A stretch of DNA of 64,000 bases from Thalassobaculaceae bacterium (lineage in GTDB: Bacteria; Pseudomonadota; Alphaproteobacteria; Thalassobaculales; Thalassobaculaceae). Numbering within the stretch: position 1 is the first letter of the stretch; every line of letters begins with the position of its first letter. Of the stretch, positions 1 through 12,114 are shown one piece after another. The DNA lies in NCBI GenBank assembly GCA_965228875.1, contig OZ245843.1:2028616-2092615 (forward strand), given 5' to 3'. The notes beneath the pieces were generated by a model. The model searched no databases. It saw only the letters and a list, made by a program, of their open reading frames with translations, and was not told where the DNA came from. The position numbers and the translations under genes are program-made.

Positions 1-106
1 GCACGGTCTCGAAGGCGTGCGGCAGCCGGGTCTGATCGATGATCTCCACCGCCGCGCCGTCGCTTGCCTGCCAGATCGGGCGGTAGTGGGTGCCGTTGAC
101 GTTCAT
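1..106 (-). CDS. mtnA: Methylthioribose-1-phosphate isomerase, N-terminal part (runs off the window)
   Basis: Manual translation from ATG at 106: [35 protein letters not shown]; the IIDQTRLPH motif is typical of MtnA; GGAGAGG RBS upstream. Not in the ORF track. Confidence 0.85.
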   Translation of the reverse strand, partial: MNVNGTHYRPIWQASDGAAVEIIDQTRLPHAFETV

Positions 107-209
107 CGTCCTCTCCTTCGCCAGGGCTCTCCTGCCAGGGCTCTGATGACTTCCGCGGGGCCGGATGATATGACCCTCGCCTGCCAACCGCCACCGGAGT
201 CCTGCCCGA

Positions 210-1508
<1,299 letters not shown>

Positions 1509-1560
1509 CGACCTGTCGGCCGGCCGTCGACACCGACGCGCCGGCCGATCCTCGGCGCCG

Positions 1561-2586
1561 TTATTCGGGATCGATGAGGAACGTCGTGAGGACCCACCGC
1601 TGGCCTTCGGTCACCGGCCGGTCCTCGTGCAGCAGGTCGCAGCCGAAAACCACGCCCGCGCCCGTCGCCGGGGCATAGAGGTGCGGGCCGTACTCCGGAA
1701 AGACGATCTCGCCGCCCCGATAGCCGTCATTCAGGTTGATCGATACCGCGAACCGCCGCCGCCGCTCCGACCGCAGGCCGTCGCGTCGGGCGGCGTAGAA
1801 ATCCTTGCGCGCGGCATCGTACCCGCTGATCGTGAGCATCTCGAAGCGCAGGGGCGTCTGAAACCCGAACGCCTTCTGGATCTCGCCCATGAGCCGCGGG
1901 CCGATCTGCTCCGCCACGGCGCGCTGCAACTCCGGGTCCGTGATCCGGTGTTCGCGGTTGCGCTTCACCGAAGGGTCGACCGCCGTCTGCGTGCCCTCGC
2001 CGACCGTGCCGTCGGCATTGTCGGCCGTCCAGCGCTCGATCAGCGCGGCGCACATGGTGTCCGGAACCAGCCGGTCGAGCACCATCGCCGGTGCGGCACG
2101 GACCAGCCGTTGGCCACCCGCGGCCGCCGCCTTGGCCTCGATCTCCAGAACCTTGAGCGCGTCCTCCACCGGATCGCGGCTGTTGGCGCTGGTGAACACC
2201 GATAGAACGCGCTGATTGGCATCCAGGGCCGCGACTGCCGCGGCAGGTCGGTCGGACTCGTCGTCGGAGCCGTCGGGCAACGGACGGAACAGCCGCATGC
2301 CGTCGCCATACGGGTCGATCAGTGCCGTGGCCCCGGCATCCATCGCCCCGTCCGGTTCGCGGCGCATGAGGGCGAAGCGATGCACGCCGATCCGGTCCAT
2401 CGCCGCGGACCGACGCGCCAGCGCGGCGAGCAGCCTGCGCCCCTCGCCATCATTGGGATTCGGCGTCGCCGCGATCAGAATAGGACCGCCCGACACCTCC
2501 AGATATAGCTGGCGGGTGCGTCCCTGCAGATCCGGAAAGGTCAGGTTCGGCGCCCGGTCACCCGGGCGCAGCGCGGGAATGCCCAT
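1561..2586 (-). CDS. Redoxin-like N-terminus fused to a 2OG-Fe(II) oxygenase-like domain (HxD motif altered)
   Basis: PGDRAPNLTFPD start; RRFAVSINLNDGYRGGEIVFPEYG...LLHEDRPVTEGQRW prolyl-hydroxylase-like C-terminus. Confidence 0.8.
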   Translation of the reverse strand: MGIPALRPGDRAPNLTFPDLQGRTRQLYLEVSGGPILIAATPNPNDGEGRRLLAALARRSAAMDRIGVHRFALMRREPDGAMDAGATALIDPYGDGMRLFRPLPDGSDDESDRPAAAVAALDANQRVLSVFTSANSRDPVEDALKVLEIEAKAAAAGGQRLVRAAPAMVLDRLVPDTMCAALIERWTADNADGTVGEGTQTAVDPSVKRNREHRITDPELQRAVAEQIGPRLMGEIQKAFGFQTPLRFEMLTISGYDAARKDFYAARRDGLRSERRRRFAVSINLNDGYRGGEIVFPEYGPHLYAPATGAGVVFGCDLLHEDRPVTEGQRWVLTTFLIDPE

Positions 2587-2605
2587 CGTCGCCAGACTGT
2601 ACCGG

Positions 2606-2932
2606 TCAGGTCTCGGACTTGATCTGCGCGGTCGCCGCGACCAGCAGTTCGTTCATCTTGTGCCGCAACCGCGCGTCGCTCAGCTCGCCGCCGGCCGCCG
2701 AGACCTTGTCCATGACGAACGCGACCACGTCGTCATCGCCCGGCTTGTCGAAATCGGCGGCGATGACTTCCTTGGCGAAGGCCGCGCGCGCATCGCCGGT
2801 CAGACCGAGGAATTCGTCGGCGACCCACTCACCAAGCATCCGGTTGCGTCGCGCCGTCGCCTTGAAGAGCAGCTCCGCATCGTGCGCGGACTTATTCTCT
2901 TGGGCCTTTTCACGATCGTCGAAACCGCTCAT
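2606..2932 (-). CDS. DUF1476 / F1Fo ATPase inhibitor zeta-subunit family protein
   Basis: MSGFDDREKAQENKSAHDAELLFKATARRNRMLGEW matches the alphaproteobacterial zeta family; GGAGG RBS upstream of ATG 2932. Confidence 0.9.
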   Translation of the reverse strand: MSGFDDREKAQENKSAHDAELLFKATARRNRMLGEWVADEFLGLTGDARAAFAKEVIAADFDKPGDDDVVAFVMDKVSAAGGELSDARLRHKMNELLVAATAQIKSET

Positions 2933-3111
2933 CACACGCCTCCCAGGCTGGGCGGAACCCTGAATACCAACCGTCGCCCGCGCTTGCCGCCGACGGAACC
3001 GCGCGGACCATACACAACCGCCCCCGCGATGTGAACGCGGGAGTTCGGCGCACCGGGCGAGACCGATTGCCGCTTGCCGGAACCATGGCGAGGCGCCACT
3101 TTTGCCGTCCA

Positions 3112-3882
3112 ATGTGCAGCGTCATCATCCTGCGCCGACCGGGCCACGCGTGGCCCGTGGTCCTGGGCGCCAATCGAGACGAAATGGCCGACCGGCCGTG
3201 GAAGCCGCCGGCCCGACACTGGCCCGACCGTCCGGAGGTCGTCGCCGGCCTCGACGTGCTGGCCGGAGGCAGCTGGTTCGGCATCAACGATCACGGCGTC
3301 GTCGCCTGCATCCTCAACCGCCATGGCACCCTCGGACCGGCGCCGGACAAGCGCTCGCGCGGTGAGCTGGTGCTGGAGGCGCTGGAGCATGCCGACGCAA
3401 CCGACGCCGCGAGGGCGCTGGCGGCGGTCGAGCCGGCCAGCTACCGGGCCTTCAACCTGGTGATCTGCGACAGCCGGGACGCGTTCTGGATCGCCAACCG
3501 CGAGGACGAGGCGCGGGTCGACGTCGCAACGGTGCCCGAGGGCGTGTCGATGCTCACGGCCCACGACCTGAACGACCGCCACGAGTCGCCCCGGGTGGCC
3601 CGTTACCTGGACCGGTTCCGGGCCGCGCCGGCGCCCGATCCGGTGCGCGACGACTGGGATGCCTGGTCCATGCTGCTCGCTTCCCGCGACTTCGCCGCCG
3701 AGGCCGGCCCCGGCGGCGCGATGACCGTGGTCAGCGAGACCGGATTCGGCACGACCAGCGCCGCGCTGGTCGCGCTGCCGGCGCCGGGCGAGGGCCGGCC
3801 GATCCTGCGCTTCGCCGACGGCCGACCGGACACCGCCGCGTTCGCCCCTGTCGATGCCTGGGAACCGACGGTCCGCGCCTGA
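3112..3882 (+). CDS. NRDE/TANGO2 family protein
   Basis: MCSVIIL...ANRDEM...AGLDVLAGGSWFGIN...SRGELV motifs. Confidence 0.92.
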   Translation: MCSVIILRRPGHAWPVVLGANRDEMADRPWKPPARHWPDRPEVVAGLDVLAGGSWFGINDHGVVACILNRHGTLGPAPDKRSRGELVLEALEHADATDAARALAAVEPASYRAFNLVICDSRDAFWIANREDEARVDVATVPEGVSMLTAHDLNDRHESPRVARYLDRFRAAPAPDPVRDDWDAWSMLLASRDFAAEAGPGGAMTVVSETGFGTTSAALVALPAPGEGRPILRFADGRPDTAAFAPVDAWEPTVRA

Positions 3883-4023
3883 GCGGGCGGGGTGTCGCGC
3901 GATTGAGTTGACGGGGGCGGACTGATATAGGGTCCGTCATCCACTGCGACGTGCCGCGATCCGAACCGGCCCGTCGCGACGACCGCAAGACCGGCGCCGA
4001 CACGCCGAGTTGGAGACCGCCCC

Positions 4024-4791
4024 ATGGCCAGACGCCGCAAGCTCTACGAGGGCAAGGCGAAGATCATGTACGAGGGCCCCGAGCCCGGTACCCTGATCCA
4101 GTACTTCAAAGACGACGCCACCGCCTTCAACAACCAGAAGCAGGGCCTGATCACCGGCAAGGGCGTTCTGAACAACCGCATCAGCGAATACCTGATGACG
4201 AAGCTGACCGAGATCGGCGTGCCCAACCATTTCATCCGTCGGGTGAACATGCGCGAGCAGCTCGTCCACGAGGTCGAGATCCTGCCGATCGAGGTGGTCG
4301 TGCGCAACGTGGTCGCGGGCTCCCTCGCCAAGCGCTTCGGCCTCGAGGAAGGCACGGCGCTGCCGCGCTCCATCATCGAGTACTACTACAAGTCCGACGA
4401 ACTGAACGATCCGATGATCTCCGAGGAGCACATCACCTCCTTCGGCTGGGCCACGACCCAGGATCTCGACGACATGGTCGCCCTGTCGCTGCGGGTGAAC
4501 GACTTCCTCGTCGGCCTGTTTCTCGGGGTTGGCCTTCGGCTGGTCGACTTCAAGCTGGAGTTCGGCCGCTGGTACAACGAGCACGAGGAGGTGCAGATCG
4601 TGCTCGCCGACGAGATCAGTCCGGACAACTGCCGGCTCTGGGACATCGCCACCAACGAGAAGATGGACAAGGACCGCTTTCGTCGCGATCTCGGCGGCGT
4701 GAAGGAGGCCTACCAGGAGGTGGCCCGCCGCCTCGGCGTACTGCCGGAGGCGGGGCCGATGGACCTGAAGGGTCCGCAGGTCGTCCAGTGA
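4024..4791 (+). CDS. purC: SAICAR synthetase
   Basis: [39 protein letters not shown]. Confidence 0.98.
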   Translation: MARRRKLYEGKAKIMYEGPEPGTLIQYFKDDATAFNNQKQGLITGKGVLNNRISEYLMTKLTEIGVPNHFIRRVNMREQLVHEVEILPIEVVVRNVVAGSLAKRFGLEEGTALPRSIIEYYYKSDELNDPMISEEHITSFGWATTQDLDDMVALSLRVNDFLVGLFLGVGLRLVDFKLEFGRWYNEHEEVQIVLADEISPDNCRLWDIATNEKMDKDRFRRDLGGVKEAYQEVARRLGVLPEAGPMDLKGPQVVQ

Positions 4792-4822
4792 CGGGCAAGG
4801 CAGCAGGGAACAGGACCGAACG

Positions 4823-5065
4823 ATGAAAGCCACCGTGCACGTGACATTGAAGACCGGCGTCCTCGACCCGCAGGGCAAGGCGATCGGCCATGCTCTGTCT
4901 ACCCTCGGCTTCGAGGGGGTTGGCGAGGTTCGTCAGGGCAAGGTCATCGAGATCAACCTCGACGAGACCGACGCCGCCAAGGCCGAGGCGGAGGTGACCG
5001 CGATGTGCGAGCGTCTGCTGGCCAACACCGTGATCGAGAACTACAGCATTCGGGTAGAGGGCTGA
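4823..5065 (+). CDS. purS: FGAM synthase subunit PurS
   Basis: VLDPQGKAI...VRQGK...LLANTVIENY. Confidence 0.98.
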   Translation: MKATVHVTLKTGVLDPQGKAIGHALSTLGFEGVGEVRQGKVIEINLDETDAAKAEAEVTAMCERLLANTVIENYSIRVEG

Positions 5066-5116
5066 CGGCCTGCCGGATCGATCCCCCAAAGGGTTGATCT
5101 TGTGGCGCGAGACATT

Positions 5117-5206
5117 CGCGAAATCGGCGGGCGCGAAATCGGCGGGCGCGAAATCGGCGGGCGCGAAATCGGCGGGCGCGAAATCGGCGGGCGCGAAATC
5201 GGCGGG
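5117..5206. repeat. Perfect tandem repeat, 6 x 15 bp (CGCGAAATCGGCGGG)
   Basis: Six identical contiguous units read directly in the purS-kinase intergenic region. Confidence 0.97.
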
Positions 5207-5250
5207 CGGGCCGACCGGGATCTGCGATATGCTTCCTCGGGCCACCTCGG

Positions 5251-7227
5251 TTGAGTAGCCCGGTATCTATGTCCAACAGTCAGCCCCCACCTGATACGTC
5301 GGCCTCTTCGGAAGCTCGCGCGCTGCTCGAAGCGGTCAACCATGCCGGTATCGGGATCGTCGTGCTCGACGCCGATCTCCGCTTGGTGGCCAGCAATCCT
5401 CGGTTCGCCACGATCAACGGGCTGGATCCGGCGGAGCTGTGTCCCGGCTGGGAATACAAGCGCCTGATACGGCTCAACGCCGAGCGCGGAGAGTATGGCG
5501 GCGGCGACATCGAGGCGCGGGTCGAGGAACGTCTGGAGTTCACGTGCACCGCCCTTCCCTTCCAGATTGAGCGCCTGCGCGAGAACAGCTCGGTCTTGAT
5601 GATTACCGGCGCCCGGCTGCCGTCCGGCGGCGTCGTTCTCACCTTCGACGAACGCGGCAAGCATGCCCGGGAGCGCGTCGGCGGTTCGCTCATCAGCTAT
5701 GAGTCGCTGCGCCGCGGACTCGACCACACCCATCAGGGCATCCAGATCTGGGACCCCGGCGACCGCCTGATCTACGTGAACCCGGCGATGGCCCGCATCG
5801 CCCGCGAGACGGGCGTCCCCCTCGAGATCGGCATGACGTTCGAGGAACTGGTCCGCCTGCGCGCCGAACTTGGGGTCGTCTCGGCCGGTGAGACCGATCT
5901 TGAGGACTATGTCCGCCGCCGTGTCCTTCAGCACCAGCGCGGTGGCGAGGAGCACCAGATACGGCTGGCCGGCGGCTACTGGTATCAGATCCGCGACACG
6001 TCGCTGCCGAACGGCGGAACCATCACCACGGTCACCGACATCTCCGAACTGATGCGCGCCGAGCAGGCGCTGCGCGAAAGCGATGCCCGGCTGCGCGACT
6101 TCGTCCGCGCCAGTTCCGACCGGTTCTGGGAACTGGACGCCAAGCTCCGCTTCACCATGCTGATGGACATGCGGAACGACGACGCCCACCTGCCGCCCAG
6201 TCGCTTTCTCGGGCGCACCCGATGGGACGCGGTCGGCGTCGATCTGGAGAACGACGAGGCCTGGCTCGAGCACAAGGCGATGATGGAGCGCCGCGAGCCG
6301 TTCCGGGACTTCCGCTACGACGTGCTGAACCAGCAGGGCGAATGGCGCCACTGGCGGGTGTCCGGCGTGCCTGTGGTCGACGAGGACGGCGAGTTCAAAG
6401 GCTATCGCGGTACCTCGGTCGACGAGACCGACTACCGCGAGGAACTGCAGGCGGCACAACAGGCCCTGCGTCAGGCGCTGCGCGATGCCGAGACCGCCAA
6501 CCGGGCGAAGTCGATGTTCCTGGCGACCGTCAGCCACGAGCTGCGGACACCGCTCAACGCCATCATCGGCTTCTCCGACCTGCTGGTCAGTCAGGTGTTC
6601 GGCCCGCTCGGAGACGAACGCTATGCGGCCTACGCACGCGACGTGCAGGCGAGCGGCCACAGCCTGCTGTCGCTGATCGAGGACATGCTGGACCTCACCC
6701 GGGCCGAGATCGGGCAGATCATGCTGCGCGAGAGCCGGGTCGACATCACCACCGAGGTCACCGCCTCGGTCTCCATGGTGCGCAGCCGGCAGACCGGCGA
6801 CGTCGCGCCGATCGTGGTCGCCGTGCCCGTGGATCTGCCGCCGGTCTGGGCGGACGGGCGGCTGGTCCGCCAGATTCTCTACAACCTGATCTCGAACGCC
6901 CTGAAGTTCACCCCGGAAGACGGAACGGTGACGATCGCGGCGGAGCTGTCCGAAACCGGCCTCGATATCCGGGTCCAGGACACGGGAATCGGCATCCGCG
7001 AGCGCGATGTCGATAAGGTTCTGCGGCCGTTCGAGCAGGTCGACAGCGCCTTGAACCGAAAGTACGAGGGCATCGGGCTCGGGCTGCCGCTGACCAAGGC
7101 TTTTGTTGAACTGCACGGCGGAACTCTCGGTATTCAAAGCGAACTCGGCGTCGGCACCACGGTGACGGTCCGGCTCCCGCGGGGGCGGGTCGGCGCTGAC
7201 GGCCCGGCCTCGACCATCGGCGCCTGA
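5251..7227 (+). CDS. Cytoplasmic multi-PAS sensor histidine kinase (PleC/DivJ/PdhS-like HisKA); start uncertain (TTG 5251 or ATG 5269)
   Basis: Three PAS-like segments, FLATVSHELRTPLNAIIGFS H-box, NLISNALKFT, DTGIGI, GIGLGL; no TM segment seen. Confidence 0.92.
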   Translation: MSSPVSMSNSQPPPDTSASSEARALLEAVNHAGIGIVVLDADLRLVASNPRFATINGLDPAELCPGWEYKRLIRLNAERGEYGGGDIEARVEERLEFTCTALPFQIERLRENSSVLMITGARLPSGGVVLTFDERGKHARERVGGSLISYESLRRGLDHTHQGIQIWDPGDRLIYVNPAMARIARETGVPLEIGMTFEELVRLRAELGVVSAGETDLEDYVRRRVLQHQRGGEEHQIRLAGGYWYQIRDTSLPNGGTITTVTDISELMRAEQALRESDARLRDFVRASSDRFWELDAKLRFTMLMDMRNDDAHLPPSRFLGRTRWDAVGVDLENDEAWLEHKAMMERREPFRDFRYDVLNQQGEWRHWRVSGVPVVDEDGEFKGYRGTSVDETDYREELQAAQQALRQALRDAETANRAKSMFLATVSHELRTPLNAIIGFSDLLVSQVFGPLGDERYAAYARDVQASGHSLLSLIEDMLDLTRAEIGQIMLRESRVDITTEVTASVSMVRSRQTGDVAPIVVAVPVDLPPVWADGRLVRQILYNLISNALKFTPEDGTVTIAAELSETGLDIRVQDTGIGIRERDVDKVLRPFEQVDSALNRKYEGIGLGLPLTKAFVELHGGTLGIQSELGVGTTVTVRLPRGRVGADGPASTIGA

Positions 7228-7340
7228 ACCGCGTGCGCGCCGCCCTTGCACCCGGACGCGCCCGGCCCTAGGTTCCGGCCGAAAGGTCCTCCCCGCCTCC
7301 GCGGCATCGTGCCGTCGGGGCAACCGCCGTTGGAGCGCCC

Positions 7341-8024
7341 ATGAAATCGGCCATCATCGTTTTCCCCGGATCGAACCGCGACCGCGACATGGTCATGGCC
7401 CTGCGCCAGGCCTCGGGCCAGGACCCGGCGATGATCTGGCACAAGGAGACCGAACTGCCGGACGTCGACCTGATCGTCGTCCCCGGCGGCTTCTCCTACG
7501 GCGACTACCTGCGCGCCGGCGCCATGGGGGCGCTGTCGCCGGCCATGCGCACGGTGAAGGAGCGGGCCGACAAGGGCGTGCCGGTCCTGGGCGTGTGCAA
7601 CGGCTTCCAGATCCTCACCGAGGCCGGGCTACTGCCGGGTGCGCTGATGCGGAACGCCGGACTGAAGTTCGTGTGCAAGACCGTCCACCTGAAAGTGGAA
7701 ACCTCGCAGAGCCTGTTCACCAGCGGTTACAGCGACGGTCAGGTGATCTCGGTGCCGGTCGCCCATAACGACGGCAACTACTTCGCCGATGCCGACACGC
7801 TGGACCGGCTGGAGGATCGCGGCCAGGTCGCGTTCCGCTACGTCGCGGCCGACGGGGCCACGGGCGGCAACCCGAACGGCTCCCAGCGCGACATCGCCGG
7901 CATCTACAACGAGACCAAGACGGTGCTCGGCCTGATGCCGCATCCCGAGAACGCGATCGAAGCCCTCCATGGCGGCACCGACGGGCGCGGCCTGTTCGAC
8001 GGCCTGGTGCGCTCGCTCCACTGA
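7341..8024 (+). CDS. purQ: FGAM synthase subunit PurQ
   Basis: [35 protein letters not shown]. Confidence 0.98.
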   Translation: MKSAIIVFPGSNRDRDMVMALRQASGQDPAMIWHKETELPDVDLIVVPGGFSYGDYLRAGAMGALSPAMRTVKERADKGVPVLGVCNGFQILTEAGLLPGALMRNAGLKFVCKTVHLKVETSQSLFTSGYSDGQVISVPVAHNDGNYFADADTLDRLEDRGQVAFRYVAADGATGGNPNGSQRDIAGIYNETKTVLGLMPHPENAIEALHGGTDGRGLFDGLVRSLH

Positions 8025-8037
8025 CTCCGGAATTGCC

Positions 8038-10260
8038 ATGACCCTTCCCAACGCCGCCATCACCGACGAGGTCGTGGCCGAGCACGGCCTGACCGCCGAC
8101 GAGTATCAAGTCGTCCTGCGCATCCTCGGCCGTGAGCCGAACCTGACCGAACTCGGCATATTCTCGGTCATGTGGTCGGAGCATTGCTCCTACAAGTCGT
8201 CCAAGCGCTGGCTGAAGACGTTGCCGACGGACGGCCCGCACGTCATCCAGGGACCGGGCGAAAACGCCGGGGTCATCGATATCGGCGAGGGGCTGGCCGC
8301 GGTCTTCAAGATCGAGAGCCACAACCACCCGTCCTTCATCGAGCCCTATCAGGGGGCGGCGACCGGTGTCGGCGGCATCCTGCGCGACGTGTTCACCATG
8401 GGTGCCAGGCCGATCGCCAACCTGAACGCCCTGCGCTTCGGCGATCCGAACCACCCCAAGACCCGTCACCTGGTCTCCGGCGTGGTCGGCGGCATCGGCG
8501 GCTACGGCAACTGCGTCGGCGTGCCGACCGTGGCCGGCGAGGTAAACTTCCATCCGGCCTATAACGGCAACATCCTGGTCAACGCCATGACAGTGGGCCT
8601 GGCCCAGGCCGACCGAATCTTCTATTCGGCCGCCGCCGGACCGGGCAACGCGGTGGTCTATGTCGGCGCCAAGACCGGCCGCGACGGCATCCACGGCGCC
8701 ACCATGGCGTCGAAGGAATTCGACGAGGACAGCGAGGAGAAGCGTCCCACCGTCCAGGTCGGCGACCCCTTCACCGAGAAGCTGCTGCTGGAAGCCTGCC
8801 TGGAGCTGATGGAGCGCGACTGCATCGTCGCGATCCAGGACATGGGTGCCGCCGGCCTCACCTCCTCCAGCGTCGAGATGGCCGACAAGGGCGGCCTCGG
8901 CATCGAGCTCGACCTCGACCGGGTGCCGGTGCGCGAGGAGGGCATGACCGCCTACGAGATCATGCTGTCGGAGAGCCAAGAGCGCATGCTCATGATCATC
9001 CGCCCGGAAAGCGCCGACGAGGCGCGGGCGGTGTTCGAGAAATGGGACCTGGACTTCGCCGTGATCGGCTCGGTCACCGAGACCGGCCATATCGTCCTGA
9101 AGAAGGATGGCGCGGTACAGTGCGACATCCCGGTGGAGCCGCTGGTCGGCGAGGCGCCGGAATACGATCGCCCGCACATCCCCTCCCCCGCCCTGCCGGT
9201 CCTCGCCGCTAGCGACGTCCCGGCACCGAAGGCCCAGCTCGGCGAGGTTCTCGCGACCCTCATGGCCTGCCCGGACATGGCGAGCCGCCGCTGGATCTGG
9301 GAGCAGTACGACCACCTGGTCATGGGCGACACGATGATCCGTCCGGGCGCGGACAGCGGCATGGTACGCATTCGCGACACCGACCGCGGCCTCGCCGTCA
9401 CCGTCGACTGCACGCCACGCTACTGCCTCGCCGACCCGAAGACCGGCGGCGCCCAGGCGGTCGTCGAGACCTGGCGCAACATCACCGCCACCGGCGCCAC
9501 GCCCCTGGCGGCGACCAACAACCTGAACTTCGGCAATCCGGAAAAGCCGACGATCATGGGCCAGATCGTCGGCTGCGTGACCGGCATGGGAGAGGCCTGC
9601 CGGGCACTCGACTACCCGATCGTGTCGGGCAACGTCTCGCTCTACAACGAGACCGAGGGGCAGGCGATCCTGCCGACTCCGGTGATCGGCGGCGTCGGCG
9701 TGATCGACGACGTGTCTCGGCTCGCCACCCCGGCCCTGAAGGTCGCCGGCGAAACCCTGGTGGTCCTCGGCCAGCCCGCCGACCGCACGGACGGCTGGCT
9801 CGGCGCCTCGCTGTACCTGCGCGAGATCGAGGGGCGGGAGGACGGCGCGCCGCCGCCGATCGACCTGGAGGCGGAGAAGCGGACCGGCACCCTGGTGCGG
9901 TCGCTGATCGCCGATAAGGCGGTATCGGCCTGCCACGATATCTCCGACGGCGGTCTGCTGGTCGCCGTGGCGGAGATGGCCCTGGCCGCGCGGGGACTCG
10001 GAGTCGCGGTCCGGGCGCCCGAGGGCGCCGCTCCCCATGCCTGGGCCTTCGGCGAGGATCAGGGCCGTTATGTCGTCGCCACCTCCGATCCCGGCGCCCT
10101 GCGGGCCCGCGCCGAAGCCGCCGGGGTTCCCGCGACGACGATCGGAACCGTCACCGAGGACGCCGAATTGACACTCGACGGCGTCACCCTCATATCGGTG
10201 GAGGCGTTGAGCCGACGGCACGAAGCGTGGCTGCCGGACTACATGGCGGCGGAAAGCTGA
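8038..10260 (+). CDS. purL: FGAM synthase subunit PurL
   Basis: [39 protein letters not shown] at 8038 just after the purQ stop. Confidence 0.98.
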   Translation: MTLPNAAITDEVVAEHGLTADEYQVVLRILGREPNLTELGIFSVMWSEHCSYKSSKRWLKTLPTDGPHVIQGPGENAGVIDIGEGLAAVFKIESHNHPSFIEPYQGAATGVGGILRDVFTMGARPIANLNALRFGDPNHPKTRHLVSGVVGGIGGYGNCVGVPTVAGEVNFHPAYNGNILVNAMTVGLAQADRIFYSAAAGPGNAVVYVGAKTGRDGIHGATMASKEFDEDSEEKRPTVQVGDPFTEKLLLEACLELMERDCIVAIQDMGAAGLTSSSVEMADKGGLGIELDLDRVPVREEGMTAYEIMLSESQERMLMIIRPESADEARAVFEKWDLDFAVIGSVTETGHIVLKKDGAVQCDIPVEPLVGEAPEYDRPHIPSPALPVLAASDVPAPKAQLGEVLATLMACPDMASRRWIWEQYDHLVMGDTMIRPGADSGMVRIRDTDRGLAVTVDCTPRYCLADPKTGGAQAVVETWRNITATGATPLAATNNLNFGNPEKPTIMGQIVGCVTGMGEACRALDYPIVSGNVSLYNETEGQAILPTPVIGGVGVIDDVSRLATPALKVAGETLVVLGQPADRTDGWLGASLYLREIEGREDGAPPPIDLEAEKRTGTLVRSLIADKAVSACHDISDGGLLVAVAEMALAARGLGVAVRAPEGAAPHAWAFGEDQGRYVVATSDPGALRARAEAAGVPATTIGTVTEDAELTLDGVTLISVEALSRRHEAWLPDYMAAES

Positions 10261-10288
10261 GCGCCGGCGGCGACAGGGAGAGAACAGC

Positions 10289-10522
10289 ATGGCCATGGAA
10301 GCGAGCGAGATCGAGCGCCTCATCAAGGAGGCGATCCCCGATGCGCGCGTCACGATCGAGGATCTGCGCGGCGACGGCGACCACTACGCATGCCATGTCG
10401 TGTCGGCTGCCTTCTCGGGAAAGAACCGCGTGCAGCAGCATCAGCTGGTGTACAAGGCTCTCCAGGGCCGAATGGGCACCGAACTGCACGCCCTCGCCCT
10501 GCAAACCGCCGCGCCGGACTGA
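10289..10522 (+). CDS. bolA: BolA/IbaG family protein
   Basis: GDGDHY...FSGKNRVQQHQLVY...LHALALQT. Confidence 0.93.
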   Translation: MAMEASEIERLIKEAIPDARVTIEDLRGDGDHYACHVVSAAFSGKNRVQQHQLVYKALQGRMGTELHALALQTAAPD

Positions 10523-10555
10523 CGGCGCCGGCCAGAGAACGAAAGGAGCGTTCGG

Positions 10556-10906
10556 ATGCTCGACCAGACCCTCAAGACCCGCATCGACGACGAGGTCGCC
10601 GGCAGCGACGTGGTGCTGTTCATGAAGGGCACGCCCGTGTTCCCGCAGTGCGGCTTCTCCGCCGTCGTGGTCCAGGTGCTGAGCCACCTCGGGATCAAGT
10701 TCAAGGGCATCAACGTGCTCGACGACCCGTCCCTGCGCGAGGGCATCAAGGAGTATTCGAGCTGGCCGACCATCCCTCAGCTCTACGTCAAGGGCGAGTT
10801 CGTCGGAGGCTGCGACATCATCCGTGAGATGTTCGAGACCGGCGAGCTGATGGAACTGCTGCACAGCCGCGGCATCGACGTTCGGTCGAGCGAAGGTGCC
10901 GTCTAA
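10556..10906 (+). CDS. grxD: Monothiol glutaredoxin Grx4
   Basis: [33 protein letters not shown]. Confidence 0.97.
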   Translation: MLDQTLKTRIDDEVAGSDVVLFMKGTPVFPQCGFSAVVVQVLSHLGIKFKGINVLDDPSLREGIKEYSSWPTIPQLYVKGEFVGGCDIIREMFETGELMELLHSRGIDVRSSEGAV

Positions 10907-11381
10907 CCGCGACCCGGGGTCGCCGGAAGCCGAGCCCGAACCGGAGCGGCGCTTCCGCAGCCCCTTCGCGATCAGCCCGAGGACTCTGATCATCGTCGGT
11001 CTTCTGGCGATCGTGGTCGGAGCCTTCGGCCTGCGCGACCATGTCGGCTTCCTCATCTCCGCCGAACAGGCCGACGCGGAGGTCGTGTCGGTCGAGACCC
11101 TGGACGCCCAGGAGGGGTTCACCCTGTACCGACCGACGGTACGCTACCTGTCGCGCCATGACGGCCTCGTCACGGTCGCCGCCGACACCTATCGTCCGAC
11201 CTCGGCCGGGGAAATTCTCGACGTCGCCTTCGATCCCGAAAATCCGGGCGACGCCCGCCTGATGGACCCCCGCGACCGCTGGATCCTGCCGCTGTGGATG
11301 GCGGCGTTCGGCCTCATCACCGTCGTCATCGGCATGCGGCGCGGTCGCCGGGCGGCCTCGCCACCGCGCGACCCCGCCTGA
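10896..11381 (+). CDS. DUF3592-like two-TM membrane protein
   Basis: TM helix, AEVVSV...YRPTVRY...[12 protein letters not shown], second TM helix. Confidence 0.7.
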   Translation: MPSNRDPGSPEAEPEPERRFRSPFAISPRTLIIVGLLAIVVGAFGLRDHVGFLISAEQADAEVVSVETLDAQEGFTLYRPTVRYLSRHDGLVTVAADTYRPTSAGEILDVAFDPENPGDARLMDPRDRWILPLWMAAFGLITVVIGMRRGRRAASPPRDPA

Positions 11382-11385
11382 CCCG

Positions 11386-12114
11386 ATGCTGCACAGCGCC
11401 CTGGCCGCGGCCGGCATCCGCGGGATCGTCTTCGACAAGGACGGTACCCTGATCCGGTTCGACGAGACCTGGACGCCCGTTTTCTGGGCCAGCGCTGAGC
11501 GGCTGGCCGCGGATCTGGGGCGCCCGGCACTGGCCGAGGCGATGATGGTGGCCGGCGGATGGTGCCCCGATACGCGCCGGATCCTGCCGGGCACCGAGCT
11601 GGCCGCCGGCACCACCGACGCGGTCGCCCGGTTGTGGCGCGGTGTCGCCCCGGACCTGCCGGCCGACGATGCCCTGATCCCCTGGCTAGACGCCTTCTGG
11701 CATGCGCAGGCCAAGACCCACCTGACCCCCATAGATCCGCTTGCCGACCTGTTCGGCCGGCTGCGCGGTGCCGGCGTCGACTGCGCGCTGGCGACCAATG
11801 ACAGCGAGGCGGCCGCCCGCGACACGGCGGAGCGTCTGGGCATCGCCGGATTTCTGTCGTTCACGGTCGGCTACGACAGCGGCCACGGCGCGAAGCCGGA
11901 ACCGGGCATGATCGTCGCGGCTCAGCGGCATTGGGGTCTGACGCCCGACCGGACGGCCATGGTCGGCGATTCAACGGCCGATCTGGCCGCCGGCAGCGCC
12001 GCCGGGTGCGGACTGGTGATCGGCGTGCTGTCCGGTGCGTCCGACAGGACCGTGCTCGAACCGCTGGCCGACCTGATCCTCGACGACGTGCACGCCCTGA
12101 CCGTTCAGCGGTAA
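11386..12114 (+). CDS. HAD-family hydrolase (phosphoglycolate phosphatase-like)
   Basis: FDKDGTL, ATND, KPEPG, MVGDSTAD. Confidence 0.92.
   Translation: MLHSALAAAGIRGIVFDKDGTLIRFDETWTPVFWASAERLAADLGRPALAEAMMVAGGWCPDTRRILPGTELAAGTTDAVARLWRGVAPDLPADDALIPWLDAFWHAQAKTHLTPIDPLADLFGRLRGAGVDCALATNDSEAAARDTAERLGIAGFLSFTVGYDSGHGAKPEPGMIVAAQRHWGLTPDRTAMVGDSTADLAAGSAAGCGLVIGVLSGASDRTVLEPLADLILDDVHALTVQR

Noticed and set aside
107..209. SAM/SAH riboswitch upstream of mtnA
   Set aside because: No riboswitch consensus recognised; only a short GCCAGGGCTCT direct repeat. An Rfam search would settle it
5117..5206. Possible CRISPR array
   Set aside because: Units are contiguous 15-mers without spacers, and no cas genes are seen in the window
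7717..10353. Long antisense or alternate-frame ORFs (e.g. 7717-10353, 5041-7323, 18888-21278, 39020-41953, 57397-59541)
   Set aside because: Shadows of well-supported genes; Arg/Pro/Gly-rich translations typical of high-GC off-frames
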